This document shows, piece by piece, positions 1 through 13,584 of a stretch of 64,000 nucleotides of DNA (position 1 is its first letter; each line of letters opens with the position of its first letter). Source of the stretch: the human T2T-CHM13v2.0 reference genome, Homo sapiens; the NCBI RefSeq assembly GCF_009914755.1, contig NC_060934.1; one strand, given 5' to 3'. Under the pieces are notes generated by a model, which was not told the origin of the DNA, did not search any database, and saw only the letters and a program-made list of their open reading frames with translations. Made by a program: the position numbers and the translations under genes.

Positions 1-1789
1 CTGCTACATCATTGCCAAGATTTTCGAGGGTACATGGTTCAGTTCTTTTCTTGCTTTGATGAGTGAACTGAGCCCCTTGACTTCCTGAAACCTGGCTGCC
101 AACAGACAATGGTAGAACCAGGAGCCACCAGGTCCAGTTTGCTCTTAGTCCGCACCTCCTTCTACTCCCCTCTGCTCCTCTCCACTGCCCTCTCTTCCAC
201 TTTCCACTCCACTGTTCCATGTGCCTCTACAGCATGCACAGTTGCTTGTGTCTCCATGGGTCTTAGAGAAAGCTGCTGCACTAAGCCCAGTATCCCAGGT
301 ACCCAAAACTGTTGACTCTGCATCATCAAATGAACGCCCCAACCCCACTGCCACCTCTCACATCCTCTGAAGTTACTGGCCCCTCTCTTCCTGACTCCCA
401 GATGCTTTCACAGGATAAATTAACAAGTTCAGAGCAAGGAATTCTTGCATGTAATGGATGTGGACCCTAGTCAATGGATAAACAAGATACTATTCAGGAT
501 AATAAATTTACTTTTTAAAATTTTACTTTTTCTCATGAGCTATGATCTCTACTTGCCTCCTATACAGTCTTGGAAAACTGGAAGCAGAACTGCAAACTAA
601 TTATTATCTCTGAAGTAATATTTGCCCATAGTTCATTCCTCGGTTCATGTTGGCAACAAAAAGACCCCTAAGAGTCATGATGCGGGAAGATCCCTGTTTC
701 CATTCCTAACATTTCTTCATCATCATTCATGGGATACCTGGTGTCCAACACAGTTAAACGACAGTGGTAGCCCCTTTCATTTCCATAGTTCTTTACAGTG
801 TATAAAATCCTTGTAGGTAATTTTCTTACAGTCCTCATTTATAAATATAAAGCTAAATCTCAGAAACCTTAAGGAACTTGCCTAAAATAAAACAGCAAGT
901 GGCAGAGTGTGCAAAATCTCCCAGTTTCCACTGCTGTGTATGACACAAGCTATTATTCATGAGCCACAAACAAGAGTGCCACAAAGACAAACCCCATACA
1001 TCATCAGGAGAAATCGCACAGACCTTGATGAAGATCACAAGTGGTTTACTGATCACAGGTTCTGTAAAGGGCATTGATGGCCATCTGAAGAAGTTATTAT
1101 ACACAGTCTTTTCAGGAAACTTAAATTTTGTCAAAGAGGATGCTTGCTTTAAGCTACTCAGGGTCTTAGCCTTGAATGACTCCAAGAAGCACCATCCAAC
1201 TGATATTTTTTGGCAAATGAGAGTTTTTCAATAATATAACGTGAGCCAAATGTTCACTGTGATTTTTCACTCAAATGAATAGAATCAGAGAGATTTACAA
1301 CTGAAAATAAACCTCTCTTGGTCTTCTGTGATGCTGGAGCTGGAACTTGCTTTAAAGGTCATCAACTCCTCCACCCCTATTTGCCCACCAGTATCTCTAG
1401 CTAGTGGTTTTTCACCCCTTTCTGGAACAGAGTCTGTGAGGGAGAATCTCACCCTCTCAGAAAGTAGCTTGTCGAATTCTGCCCGAAGTTTATGTTATTA
1501 GAAACTCCTTACACCAACAGAATAGTTCCACTTCTACCTGGCAGCCTTTGTTTTTAGTCAGATAAGGAAACAAGGGTCAGATAGGTGAAGTGTACCACTC
1601 TTGCCTGGTCGCAGGGTTGATGGATCCGACAACAGTGTCCCCTAAGGGTCTTACTCCAGCACCCCAGAGAAGAGCAAGGGTTCAGATACTGCCACGTGCT
1701 ACCACCTGCCTTGTTCTCCTTTCTATCTGGGTTGGATCTGGGCAGGACAAGACCACATGAGTGGTGCCTGGGTATTCCAGAGTGACCAC

Positions 1790-1957
1790 TGTTGTGCACC
1801 ACACTTTCTGAGCATTTATTTCACTTTAAGGCAATTACTTGTTTATTTGTCTTTGAGTTCCTCAAGGACAGGGACCATGTTTGGCGGGCTTAGCAGTGTA
1901 TCTCCAGGGCCTGGCACGGTCCCTGGCATGTAAAAACTTTTATTCTGAATAAATAAA
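1790..1957 (+). mobile_element. L2 (LINE-2) 3' end remnant
   Basis: 'gagttcctcaaggacagggaccatgt...gtatctccagggcctggcacggtccctggcatgta...tgaataaataaa' resembles the typical L2 3' terminus. Confidence 0.65.
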
Positions 1958-3519
1958 ACAGAAACTACAATTCCCGTCACCCTTGGGACCTTCATCTCAT
2001 AACTCCACACCATGGAATTTCCCATCCATGTTCATGCAAACCTGCCCCAAAGTGATTGGCTTCTAGTTTTGGAAATCACAGGTTTCTGTGACCAATTTGG
2101 CCAGCCAAGCACAAGAAGCAAAGGAGTAATATCCATGCTTGAACTTTCCTCTTCGTGTTTTGAGGAGATCATTGTCAATTTTTTTAACTTGCAAAAGTCA
2201 GGAGGGGATTTTAAATGCAAACGGACTTTGGCAAGTTGAGTGATTGTCAGGCAGCTATGAGAACAAACTTCTGTGTCCACTCTGGAGGGGAAAAGGAGGC
2301 AGGGTTTCAGCTTTAAGCAGGAGATTTATTTTTTTAGATCAGGTGTTTTTTGAAGTTTGCAGATGGCAATTTCATTTGCATTTAATGTCCTTCAGATTAT
2401 TTCCTTTCTGTTGTGCTAAACACCTCTCTCAGTTGGGTCTAATTTGATGAGGTCATGCTGTGACCCTTGACCCTTTGGATCTTAAATGAAACCATCTGAC
2501 CAGAAAGGAGAGAGAGAGTTCTTAGTCTTGTTCACAGACATTTGATATTTGCAGATGTGCAGCCAACTTTGCTAACTACCCACTTGCCAGTTTAGCTCTT
2601 GATTAGAAGTAGAACTAGCAAATTCCCTGAGAGTCAAACATTTGAAGAATAAATGGGTCCAATTAATCCTTTGTCACATTCTTGTCAAAATAAAAGGACT
2701 ATGCCAAAGGAAGAAAAACAACCGCCTGTACCTACAGAGGGTAATTTGGGATATTAGCAAACAATTAATCTTGGAAAACACCTAAATACTGCAGTGTACA
2801 AAATGTTTGCAAAGTGCTCTGCCAGTGAATTGAGATTTACTATGAAAAATAGACAAAGACATTCTCCTGTTACAGAAAAAGCTGCCTACCCATTAGGTCC
2901 TCGTCGTTACACACTGGGGGAAAGGAATCCATTCTAACTCCTTAATTAGAACTCAAAACAAAAATTGGGAAAGCAGGTGCCTAAGTAGAAGGTGAGATTT
3001 TCCCAGGAGAATAACATTTTTATGCTGGGTTAGGCATTTAATTATAGTCTTGTGAACAGTTTTGCAAGAATGTTCACTTTTTTCCCCTAGAATTTTACCA
3101 AGCATCTGTCTTTCTAGATATACAGAACTCAACCTTATTCTAACTTTACTTATATGTTACATAATATAACCTGTAAAGTGTCATTCTGGGAAAAGATATT
3201 AGTACCCCAAATTTACTACTCAGAGAGAAAAATATCTGTTTCTGTCATACTGACAGCCTACTCTCTTGGCTCATTAACCTTACTTGATGGGCCATGTAAC
3301 TTCTGAGTTTGTGGCCCCTGATGAGGTAGAATAAATGTAACTTCAGAGTCTGATGGGCTGCTTTACATCTAGGCTCTGTCCTGCATTATGTGTTGTCTCA
3401 GACAATATTCATTTCACCTTTTCTAATTCTAAATTAATACACATTAAATGAATGAAGATAAAAGTATGAAGCAGAAAGAAAGGAATCATTCAGTTTAATA
3501 ACTATAATATGTAAGTATA

Positions 3520-4100
3520 TTATCATTCAATTTTCCCTGATTTTTAAAATATGATTGAGGTAACACTGCATTTATAATTTTGTACTTTGCTTTCCACTTA
3601 ATGTCATTATATCAGCATTTTCCAGGCCTTCATAAACATCATATTAAACAGTTACATTAATATAATTGTACATTATGTGTAATATATTTAACCTTAGTCT
3701 GACATTGGTCATTTACATGGTTGCTTTTTTTGCTATTATAAATAACACTGTGATGAACATCTTTTTGCATCAATCTTTATTTACATTTTGGATGATTTCC
3801 TTAAAATAGATTTTAATATGTTCAAATAGTGTGCCAAACGGCATGAACATGAATTTCAAGCTCATGAATCACCTTGCCAAATTGCTCTCCAGAAAAGTTG
3901 TACAAGATTACTTTCTTACCAGCACTTCACTCCAGCCATACAAGCTTGAGTAATCTTACTCAAAAATGATAAGGAAAAAAATAGGTGTATGAAAAGTATT
4001 ATCTCATTGGTAATTTATATACAGCTCATTGATTATTAGTAGGTTTAATTACATGTTCATTAACTATTTTTATGTCTTCTGTTATAAATTTCCATTGAAT
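3520..4100 (-). mobile_element. Ancient L1M(E)-type 3' fragment
   Basis: 'aacactgtgatgaacatcttt', 'tgccaaattgctctccagaaaagttgtac', 'tctcattggtaattta' are degraded antisense L1 3' motifs. Confidence 0.55.
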
Positions 4101-4394
4101 AGTTAATTTTTCTTAGGCTCATTTTCCTCATCTGTAAAATGAGAATAATAATACTGTGCCTGCCTAGCCTAATACTGTACCTTTCCTAGTTTTAGGAATT
4201 AACTGAGATTGCCCATGTAAAGTTATGTACACATTAAGAGGCATTTAATAAGTGTTACTGCTCTTCATTTCTTTGAGATTAAACATAAGGACAATCTACA
4301 CTTTTTTTGCTTTTTCTCTAGTTGGTAAGACATTGGTGGGTTGGATTCCCTTGGAAACTTTCTGATCACAACAGACATTCGTTGGCTCTCATTA

Positions 4395-4575
4395 TCTGTT
4401 AGGCACTATGCATTATCTCATTTTTTATATTCACAGTAAGCATGAGATGGGCATTCTTGTTCTCAGTCCTCATGTGAAGAGAAGGAGGAGTAGCGAGGCT
4501 TAGCCACCTGCTTGGAGCAGAAAAGCCAAGACTCAAGGCTGGGCAATCTCAGCGTGGAGCCTACCCTCCCAACCA
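4395..4575 (-). mobile_element. MIR remnant (another at ~4115-4260)
   Basis: 'ggcactatgcattatctcatt...cacagtaagcatgagatgggcatt...' and 'ctcattttcctcatctgtaaaatgagaataata' MIR core-like motifs. Confidence 0.5.
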
Positions 4576-4922
4576 CTAGGCCGCTGTCCAGTGATGGGCC
4601 CTGCTTGGTGCTCAGGGTCAGGAGTGGGGCTGCCCAGATTCCCATTTGCTCAGCTTTAATGCTATGATCTGATGTAGATCACACTCTAGTTCTGGGCCAT
4701 AATGTCCTCCTTGGTAAAAGGAAAGGATTTGGTAAATGATTCTCAAGTCCCATCCACAAGTGCATGGATAACTTTAGACAGGTGTGTGTGCACATTCATA
4801 CACATAGAGACTCACACAACAATAGACACACTGAGAAGTCAATCATGCACACACTCTACATCTATCAATACCTATATCTATATATCTATAGCTACTCTAT
4901 CTATTACAATTAGACAGATACA

Positions 4923-5140
4923 CAAGTTGAGTGTCCCTTATCCAAAATGTTTGGACCCTGAAGTATTTCAGATTTTGGATTGGTTTAGATTTGGGAATAT
5001 TTGCATTACACTTACTGGCTGAGCATCCCTAATCTGAAATCCAAAATGCTCCAGTGAGCATTTCCTTTGAGCATTATGTTGGTGCTCAAAAGGTTTTGGG
5101 TTTGGAGCATTTCAAATTTTGAATTTTCAGAATAGGGATA
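4923..5140 (+). mobile_element. Tigger4a/MER46-type TcMar DNA transposon fossil, followed by (TG)n
   Basis: 'caagttgagtgtcccttatccaaaatg...gagcatccctaatctgaaatccaaaatgctcc...ggagcatttcaaattttg' follows the recalled Tigger4a consensus. Confidence 0.8.
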
Positions 5141-5396
5141 GTATGTGTGTGTGGGTGTGTGTGTGTGTGTACACATAGTATAACACAACACTATGAGGTA
5201 GCTTGTATTTTCCCCATTTCCCAGAAGAGGAAGCTGAGAGACAGAGATGTTGGTGTTAGCTGTTAAGTGCATGCTCGCAATCACTCCCCTCTGCCATCTT
5301 TCTTGGATAGAAATGTTGCATTAAACAAGATCAAATGAATTAAAAATAATTACCAAGGCTTGGGAGCATACATTTTTTCTCTCATACTAATAATAT

Positions 5397-5995
5397 TGTG
5401 AAAGTTGCCAGTACCAAAATGAAGTCACTTATGTCAAAACCCTAACAAAATGGAGTTAAGTGGGCATCAAAGGAGCCTGCCCAGTGAGGGGCCCTGCTTG
5501 ATGCTTAGAGCCAGAAGTGGGGCTGCCTAGATTTCCATCTGCTCTCCTTTAACATTGATGTGGCTCATACCCCAATTCATATCCCCAGTTCACACACCTC
5601 ACACGCATGCCTGAGACTTTCCTTATCACAACAAATCCCTGCACATTCCACAAACCCCACATGTCCTGCATGCCCTACATGTACCATGTGACATAACTTA
5701 CCACCATAAATTCCTCAAGATTATAGCATTCCAGATAAGCCGCCCTGCTATCTACCAGTGAGCTAATACCAACTCCAGCAATGAGCTTCTGTGACCAATG
5801 AACTTTGTTTCAAAGCACCTTATGTGGATTTCTTCTCTTTACCTTTAGAAGTTTCCTCTTGCTCCAACCTCTCCATATATGCCAGTGATCCACCATAACA
5901 TGCATGTCTCAAAATTACAAAATTATTATCCCCTGCATATTCCCAAATATACTTTTTTTGAGAGCCTCCCTCTCTGTCATTATTTTAGTTTGACG
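5397..5995 (+). mobile_element. Solo ERV1 LTR, MER34/MER39-like, carrying a foreign ~115-bp insert
   Basis: Starts 'tgtgaaagttgccagtaccaaaatgaagtcacttatgtcaaaaccc', ends 'gagagcctccctctctgtcattattttagtttgacg'; 4-bp flanks atat/acat. Confidence 0.7.
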
Positions 5996-6584
5996 ACATT
6001 AACAGAAACCTAATTTTAAAAAAGGATAAAGTCAGCAGCACTTGTACCACACTCTGTGATATGGCATAAAATGTTTCCTTTAAATCTCCATCCACATGAA
6101 ATTGTGATTTTAATACATGTGATCGAGAATGGATTTTGCTTTACTTAATTTAGTTTTGCTTCATTTAATATTATTTCTATGCTGCTACATAGTCATTATA
6201 ATCATATTTTTAAATTGTAGACTAACACTTTATCAAGTGACTAGTCCATAACTTACTTATCCCTTACTATTGTACATTTACATTATTTCCAATTTTCTTC
6301 ACAATCTCAAGTAACATTGCAATAAACACATTTATTAGGATTATTTTAAAGATTAATTTAAACTAAGATAATTACCTTGAAGACTTCTGCAATTGATTAT
6401 TTTTCGTTTCAAAAGTTCATTTTATAATTTATTGTGCTTTCTTGGTAATTTAATTATGGCCAATGATTGCATTGGAAGATGATAGGGAAACAAAATGATG
6501 AATATGCATAGAATTTGGCACCTAAAATTTCTGAAAATAACACAAACATATTATAGAAAAGAGATTTGATAATAGTTAATTTTC

Positions 6585-6920
<336 letters not shown>

Positions 6921-7171
6921 TAATAGTTAATTTTCAAAGAAGAATCTCTTAAAATCAATTTTTTAAAAAGGAAGCTCTGCAAAGGCCAGTTTATTTTGTG
7001 ATCATAATTCCTTTCTGACCTCGTAACCTAAGGGTTCAATGCCATTCTAGGTTGTGTTAATAGACGCAGTATTGCAGGACAACAGATCTAGGTGTTTCCC
7101 TAGAAATTTAAGGAACAGTGAATGCAATGAAGAAAAACATTTATACTTAGCCTGTGGAAGAAAATACCTGG

Positions 7172-7290
7172 AAGGGTGACGTTATCCTAACTATCTCAGT
7201 TTGCCCAGGACTGAGGGGTTTTCTAGGACTTGGGATCTTGAGTACTAAAGTCAAGAAGGTCCTGAGCAAGTCAGATGAGTTAGTCACCTC
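7172..7290 (+). mobile_element. MER81 (hAT-Blackjack MITE)
   Basis: Terminal inverted repeats 'agggtgac'...'gtcacct' with internal 'tttgcccaggactgaggggtttt'. Confidence 0.75.
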
Positions 7291-7485
7291 AGCAGGGATT
7301 TGGCATTTTCCATAAGGCCTCTAAGGACAGAAACAACACCAGGAGTGTACACATTACATAGAGGCAGTTTTTCAAATTTGGCATCAAGTGGCACTTTACA
7401 ATCACAATGGGATAGGTGGCTTTGACAGTCTCTGAATATATTTTTTAAAAGTCAGGGCAACCACTTGTTGAATATGCTAAAGAAG

Positions 7486-10400
7486 CAAAGGCTTTCAAAT
7501 GTTGTTGCATATTAGAATCCCCTGGGAAGCATTTGAAACTCCCCTTGCTCTCATCTCTGACCACACTGCAATAAAAATGGAAATAAATACCAAGAGTATC
7601 AAAACCACACAAATACATGGAAACTAAACAACCTACTCCTGAATGAGTTTTGGGTAAACAATGAAATTAAGACAGAAATCAAAAAATATTTTGAACAAAT
7701 GAAAATAGAGATACAACATACCAAAACCTCTAGGATGTAGCAAAAGCAGTGTTAAAAGTTTATAGTGCTAACTGTTCACATCAAGAAGATAGAACAATCT
7801 CAAATTAGCCACCTAATCTCATACCTAAAGGAACTATAAAAACAAGAACAAATTACACCCAAAGCTAGCAAAAGAAAAGAAATAACTAAAATCAGAGCAG
7901 AACTAAGTGAAAATGAGTCTCAGAACAATCATACAAAAGATGAACAAAATGAAAATTTGGTTTTTTGAAAGAAAAAATTGAGAGACTACTAGCTACATTA
8001 ACAAAGAAAAAAGGAAGACATGCAAATAATCACAGTCAGAAATGACAAAGGTGACATTACAACCAGTCCCACAGGAATATAAAAGACCCTCAGACACTAC
8101 TATGAACATCACTATGCAAACAAACTAGAAAATCTAGAGGAACTGGATGAATTCTTGGAAATACACCATCTCCCAGGATTGGACTAAGAAGAAACATAAA
8201 TCCTGAACAGGCCAATAATGTGTAATGAAATTGAATCAGTATTTTTTTAAAAAACATACCAACCAAAAAAAAAAAAAAGCCTTGAATAGGATGGATTTAC
8301 AGCCAAATTCTACCAGACATACAAAGAAGAGCTGGTACTAGTGCTACTGAAATTATTTCAAAAATTGAGGAGAAGACACTCCTTCCTACAATATTCTACA
8401 AAACCAGTATCATCCTGATACCAAAATCTGGCAAAGACACAACAAAAAAAGGAAACTACAGGCCAATATCACTGATGAACATAGTTGCAAAAATTCCCAG
8501 CAAAATGCTAGCAAACTGAATCCAGCAGCACATCAAAAAGTTAATTCACCATGATCAAGTGGGCTTTATTCCTGGGATGCAAATATGGTTCCACATATGC
8601 AAATTAATAAATGTGTTTTACCACATAAACAGAATTAAAAACAAAAATCTTATGATCATCTCAATAGAAGCAGAAAGAACATTTGATAAAATCCAACGTT
8701 TCTTAATGATAAAAAAGAACTCAGCAAACTAGGCATCAAAGAAACATACCTCAAAATAATAAGAGCCATTTATGACAAACCCACAGCCAAAATCATACTG
8801 AATAAGCAGAAGCTGGAAGCATTCCTCTCTAAAAGCTGGAATAAGACAAGATGTCCACTCTCATCATTCCTATTCAACGTAGTACTAGAAGTCCTAGTCA
8901 GAGCAATCAGGGAAGAGAAAGAAATAAAAGGCATCCAAATAGGAAATGAGAAAGTCAAATTATTTCTCTTCACTGACGATATGATCCTATACCTAGAAAA
9001 CCATAAAGATTTTCTCAGAAGACTCCTCGACCTGATAAATGACTTCAACAAAGTCTCAGGATACACAATGAATGTGTAAAAGTCAGTAGTATTTCTATAC
9101 ACCAATAGCATTCAAGCTGAGAACCAAATCAAGAACTCAATCCCATTAACAATAGCCATACAAAAAAAGTACCTAGAAATACATCTAACCGAGGAGATTA
9201 AACACGACTATGAGGAGAACTACAAGAGACTATTGAAAGAAATCATAGACAACACAAATGGAAAAGCATTCCCTGCTCTAGGGTTGGAAGAATAAATATT
9301 ATTAAAATGTTCATACTGCCCAAAGCAATCTACAGATTCAATGCTTTTCCTGTCAAATTACCAATGCCATTTTTCAGAGAATTAGAAAAAAATTATTCTA
9401 AAATTCATATGGAACCAAAAAAGAGCGAATAGATGAAGGCAATTCTAAGCAAAAGAACAAAGCTCGAGGCATCACATTGCCTGACTTCAAATTATACCAC
9501 AAGGCTACAGTAACCAAAACAGCATGGTACTGGTACAAAAATAGACATATAGACCAATGGAACAAAGTAGAGAACCCAGAAATAAAGCCGCACACCTACA
9601 ACCAACTTATCTTCGACAAAATTAACAAAAATAAACAATGGGAAAAGGATAATACCCTTTTTAATAAATTGTGCTGGGAAAACTGGCTAACCATACACAG
9701 AAGAATGAAATTGGACCCTTACCTCTCACCATATACAAGAATTAACTCAAGATGGATTAAAGACTTAAATGTAAGACCTCAAGCCATAATAATCCTAGAA
9801 GTATACCTATGAAATACTTATCTAGACATTGGCCTAGGCAAAGAATTTATGATAACCCCAAAAGCAAATGCAACAAAATTAAAAATAGACAAATGGGACT
9901 TAATTAAAATAAAGAGCTTATGCACAGCAAAAGAAACAATCAACATAGTGAACTGACAACGTACAGAATAGGAGAAAATATTTGCAACTATGCATCCAAC
10001 AAAGGTCTCATATCCAGACTCTTTAAGGAACTTAAATCAACAAGAAAAAAAAAACCTCATTAAAAGTAGGCAAATGACATGAATAGACACTTCTCGAAAG
10101 AAGACATATGAGCAGCCAACACATATATGAAGAAATGCTCAAAACACTAATTATTAGATAAATGAAAATCAAATCCACAATAAGATACCATCTCACATTA
10201 GCAAGAATGGCTATTACTAAAAAGTCAGAAAATAACAGATGTTGGTGAGGTTGTGGAGAAAAGGGAATGATTATACACTGTTTGTGGGAATGCAAATTAG
10301 CTCAGCCCCTGTGAAAAGCAGTTTGGAGATTTCACAAAGAACTAAGAATTACCATTTGATTCAGCAATCCCATTACTGGGTATGCACCCAAAGGAAAATA

Positions 10401-11035
10401 AATTGTTTTAAAAAGACCTGCACTCATATGTTTATTGCAGCACCATTCACAATAGCAAAGACATGGAATCAGTCCAGAGGCCCGTCAGCGGTGGTAGAGA
10501 AAATGTGCTCTATCTACAGCATGGAATACTACGCAGCCATAAAAAAGAATGAAAGTATGTTCTTTGCAGTAACATGCATGCAGCCAAAGCCCATTATCCT
10601 AAGCAAATTAATTTAGAAGCAGAAAACCAAATACCTCATGTTCTCATTGATAAATGGGAGCTAAGCATTGGGTACACATGGACACACAGATGGGAACAAT
10701 AGAAACTGGAGACTCCAAAAGGAGAGAGGGTAGGAGGAGGGCAGGGGTTGAAAAACTACCTATTGGGTACTGGGTTTGCTGCTTGGGCAACAGGATCATT
10801 AGGAGCCCAAACCTTGGCATCACACAATATACCCATGTAATAAACCTGCACACATACCCCTGAATCTGAAATAATAAATAAAACAATTATATAAATAAAT
10901 AAGTAAAACTCCCCTTGCTCAGATGCACCCTATCGTGATTAACCCATAATCACTGAAGGTGGGCTTATACTTCAGTAGTTTCTGAAAGCTTCTCTGGTGA
11001 TTCAAATGTGTGATTAAGGCTGAGAAGCAGTGCAC
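7486..11035. mobile_element. MER5-type hAT fossil split in two (7486-7550 and 10921-11035) by the L1 insertion
   Basis: 'tgcatattagaatcccctgggaagc' resumes after the L1 as '...ctctggtgattcaaatgtgtgattaaggctgagaagcagtg'. Confidence 0.65.
7551..10905 (+). mobile_element. 5'-truncated LINE-1 (late L1PA/L1PB age), disrupted ORF2 + 3'UTR + A-tail
   Basis: ORF 9477-9812 ([28 protein letters not shown]) is L1 ORF2; A-rich tail; perfect 15-bp TSD aaactccccttgctc at 7536-7550 and 10906-10920. Confidence 0.95.
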
Positions 11036-13584
11036 TGCTTTAGCTCTCATGTATGTATGAATTACCTAGGGACCTGATTGAATGCCGATTCTCAATCAGT
11101 AGGTCTGAGGTGGGGCTTAAGATTTCTAAAACACTCTTAAATGGAGACAATAATGCTTGTTCCTTGACTGGCTTGAAGACAGAAGGAGTGCATAGGAGAA
11201 ACTCAGGCATCATAAGGTGGGGGTGATATATGGGTGGGGAGGAACATTGAAGTTGATAAGCATTAGGGACCTTCCCAACTCTAAAAATTCTTGGATTTTT
11301 AAAACCACAATAAGTCTTCTTCAAAGACATTTTGAAATGTAACTTTTTCTTTGAAGATGAAAAATAACATCTAAAACCCTTTTCCAGATCATCTCACTTG
11401 TATCATAATATGTATGCTATGTTTTGGATCACTTCCTAAGAACTGTTACATGAACAAATTTAATAATTCAAAACCTAATCTCCTTAGTTAATATAAACGA
11501 TCCTGCCTTCATAGGTTTTTTTCTGATAGCTTACACATAGCACAAAACTCTCCTTTCCACTTTGTACCCAGAACTTTTTGGTTGGCAGGGCACAGATACT
11601 GGTCTTCCAGTCAGAATTCAGGCGATGGGTGAGGCCCTCTGGCAGATGAGTGTCCTTGGAATCTTTCTACACTTGAGAGGTCTGCCCTAGGCAAGAGGAA
11701 GACTCAGGTTTCCTGGTTGTAGTACTCTTTTCTTGAGCACTGGGTTCCATCATGGAGGAACAAACAGATAGGATGGGATTTTCCAATAGGTACCATCCAG
11801 CAAAGGGAAGCTTCTTTCTAGGGAATCCCAAGCTCACTCTAGAGCCTCAAAGGCAGCATGGCATAGTGGCTAAACTCAGGGAGCCAAACACTGGGATTTG
11901 ATGCCTGATTCCATCACCAGTAAGCTGTGTAACTGTGAATAAATTACTCTTACTCTCTAAGGTGGTAGTGGTCTTTCTTGCAGGCGTGGTGAAGCCATGA
12001 TCAGTTCTGTTTCTTTTCACATGGATTTTTAGGAGCTCAGTTTGACAGGTAGAGAGACCTCTACTATACCGCATGGATACAGGAACGATTCACTTTAAGT
12101 CTCCTTTAGCCATTTTATTATTTCTCTTTTCTGATGAAAGTACTTTTCAAAAGTATTGAATATGTCATGATTTGAGCTGGCAAAACTATAGATAATTTTT
12201 CTTCTTTCTTATAAAACCCTGGCTGGTTCTTGAACCTGTTGACCATTTGGGTCAAGGGAAAGAGGTTGGGGGCTGTTCAGGAGGAAGGTACAAGAAGGGA
12301 TGGTAGGGACCTCTCTGGAGGAGAGAATTTGAGGATCCTCTGCTCTGAAGTGGGGTGGGGAGAGTGCTTCTCCCATTGGCCCTTCTAGTTTGTGTTTCAG
12401 ATCTGCCCAGGTTGTTTCTTTGTTAACATTCAGCCAGGAACCCCAGGGACACTCGCTTTCTAAGGACCTTCAGTAGCCAACATCTCAGTGATGCCATAAG
12501 ACAAATCACACTTCTTCCTCTGTCAATTGGCATGCCACTCTGTTTCTTAGGCCTCATTGAAAGTGGAGAATTGAATCCCAACGTCAAATTCCCAAGTACT
12601 GAAATCAGAGACAGAGAACAATACAGTAAAATCTTTCTAAAGCTGGAATAAATTTAACTTAGAAATCTTGTCTGTCTGGCTGTCAGAAATTTTGGATATA
12701 GAGAGAAAACATATTGTGTGTTGAGCTCCAGCTCGTTGCCAAACACTTACTCAAACCATCTCATTTAATCTTTCCAGCAATATTCAGAAGTAAGAATCAC
12801 CCCTAATCTATCCACAAAGAAGGCAAGGTTTAGAGAGGTTGACCAGTTATCCAAGATACACAGCTAACAGTGGAAGTTGAATCCAAACTTTCATTTTAAG
12901 CTGTTTTTCTTGTATTGACTCCACATTTTTATACTTTGATAAACATGAGTATACTGACATTTTTATCTTTCTAAAAATGTAAATAAAGAAAGGAACATGC
13001 TGCTATGTTCCACAGAAACACCCTACAGTGGGATTTTGCTATGTTTTCAAAGTATTCCTAGCAAGCCTGTATTCCTTTAAGCACGCATCAAACATAAATA
13101 GATGCTGTCTGTATTAGGGGCCCTTGTTTCCTCTGAGAAAGTGGTGTGATCAACGGATTCTCTCCATAGAGAAATGCACGTATACACACGTGCACAAACA
13201 TTTGTGTAGGGTTCCTTGTGGTTCACAGGTACTCTGAAGCCGGTGCTTAAAAATTTTAACAGATTAGAGGCATTCCCACTGCCCCAATGCCCCTTCTTTG
13301 TAACTTGCCTAGAGCCCAGCTTCCAAGGACACAAACTTTTATGAATCAGTGGAACATTTATTAACCCTGTGTCAGGGACTAGGGTGGGCTTTGAGAATAC
13401 AGCAGTGAAGGGACAGGGTTGTTGCCCTCAGGGAGCTTATGGGCTAATGAGTGCATAGGTAGGTAAGCAGATATTACAAAGCATCAAGGTAGTGAGGGAA
13501 TGAATGGTGGCTAACAGCGATGGGTTGTTGAAGAACAAAGTCAGCCCTGCAGAGAACCCCAGATTTAATGAAATGGTGACTGCA

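Noticed and set aside
8770-10886. Cluster of 60-125 aa ORFs
   Set aside because: Broken L1 ORF2/3'UTR frames and their antisense; many stops and frameshifts
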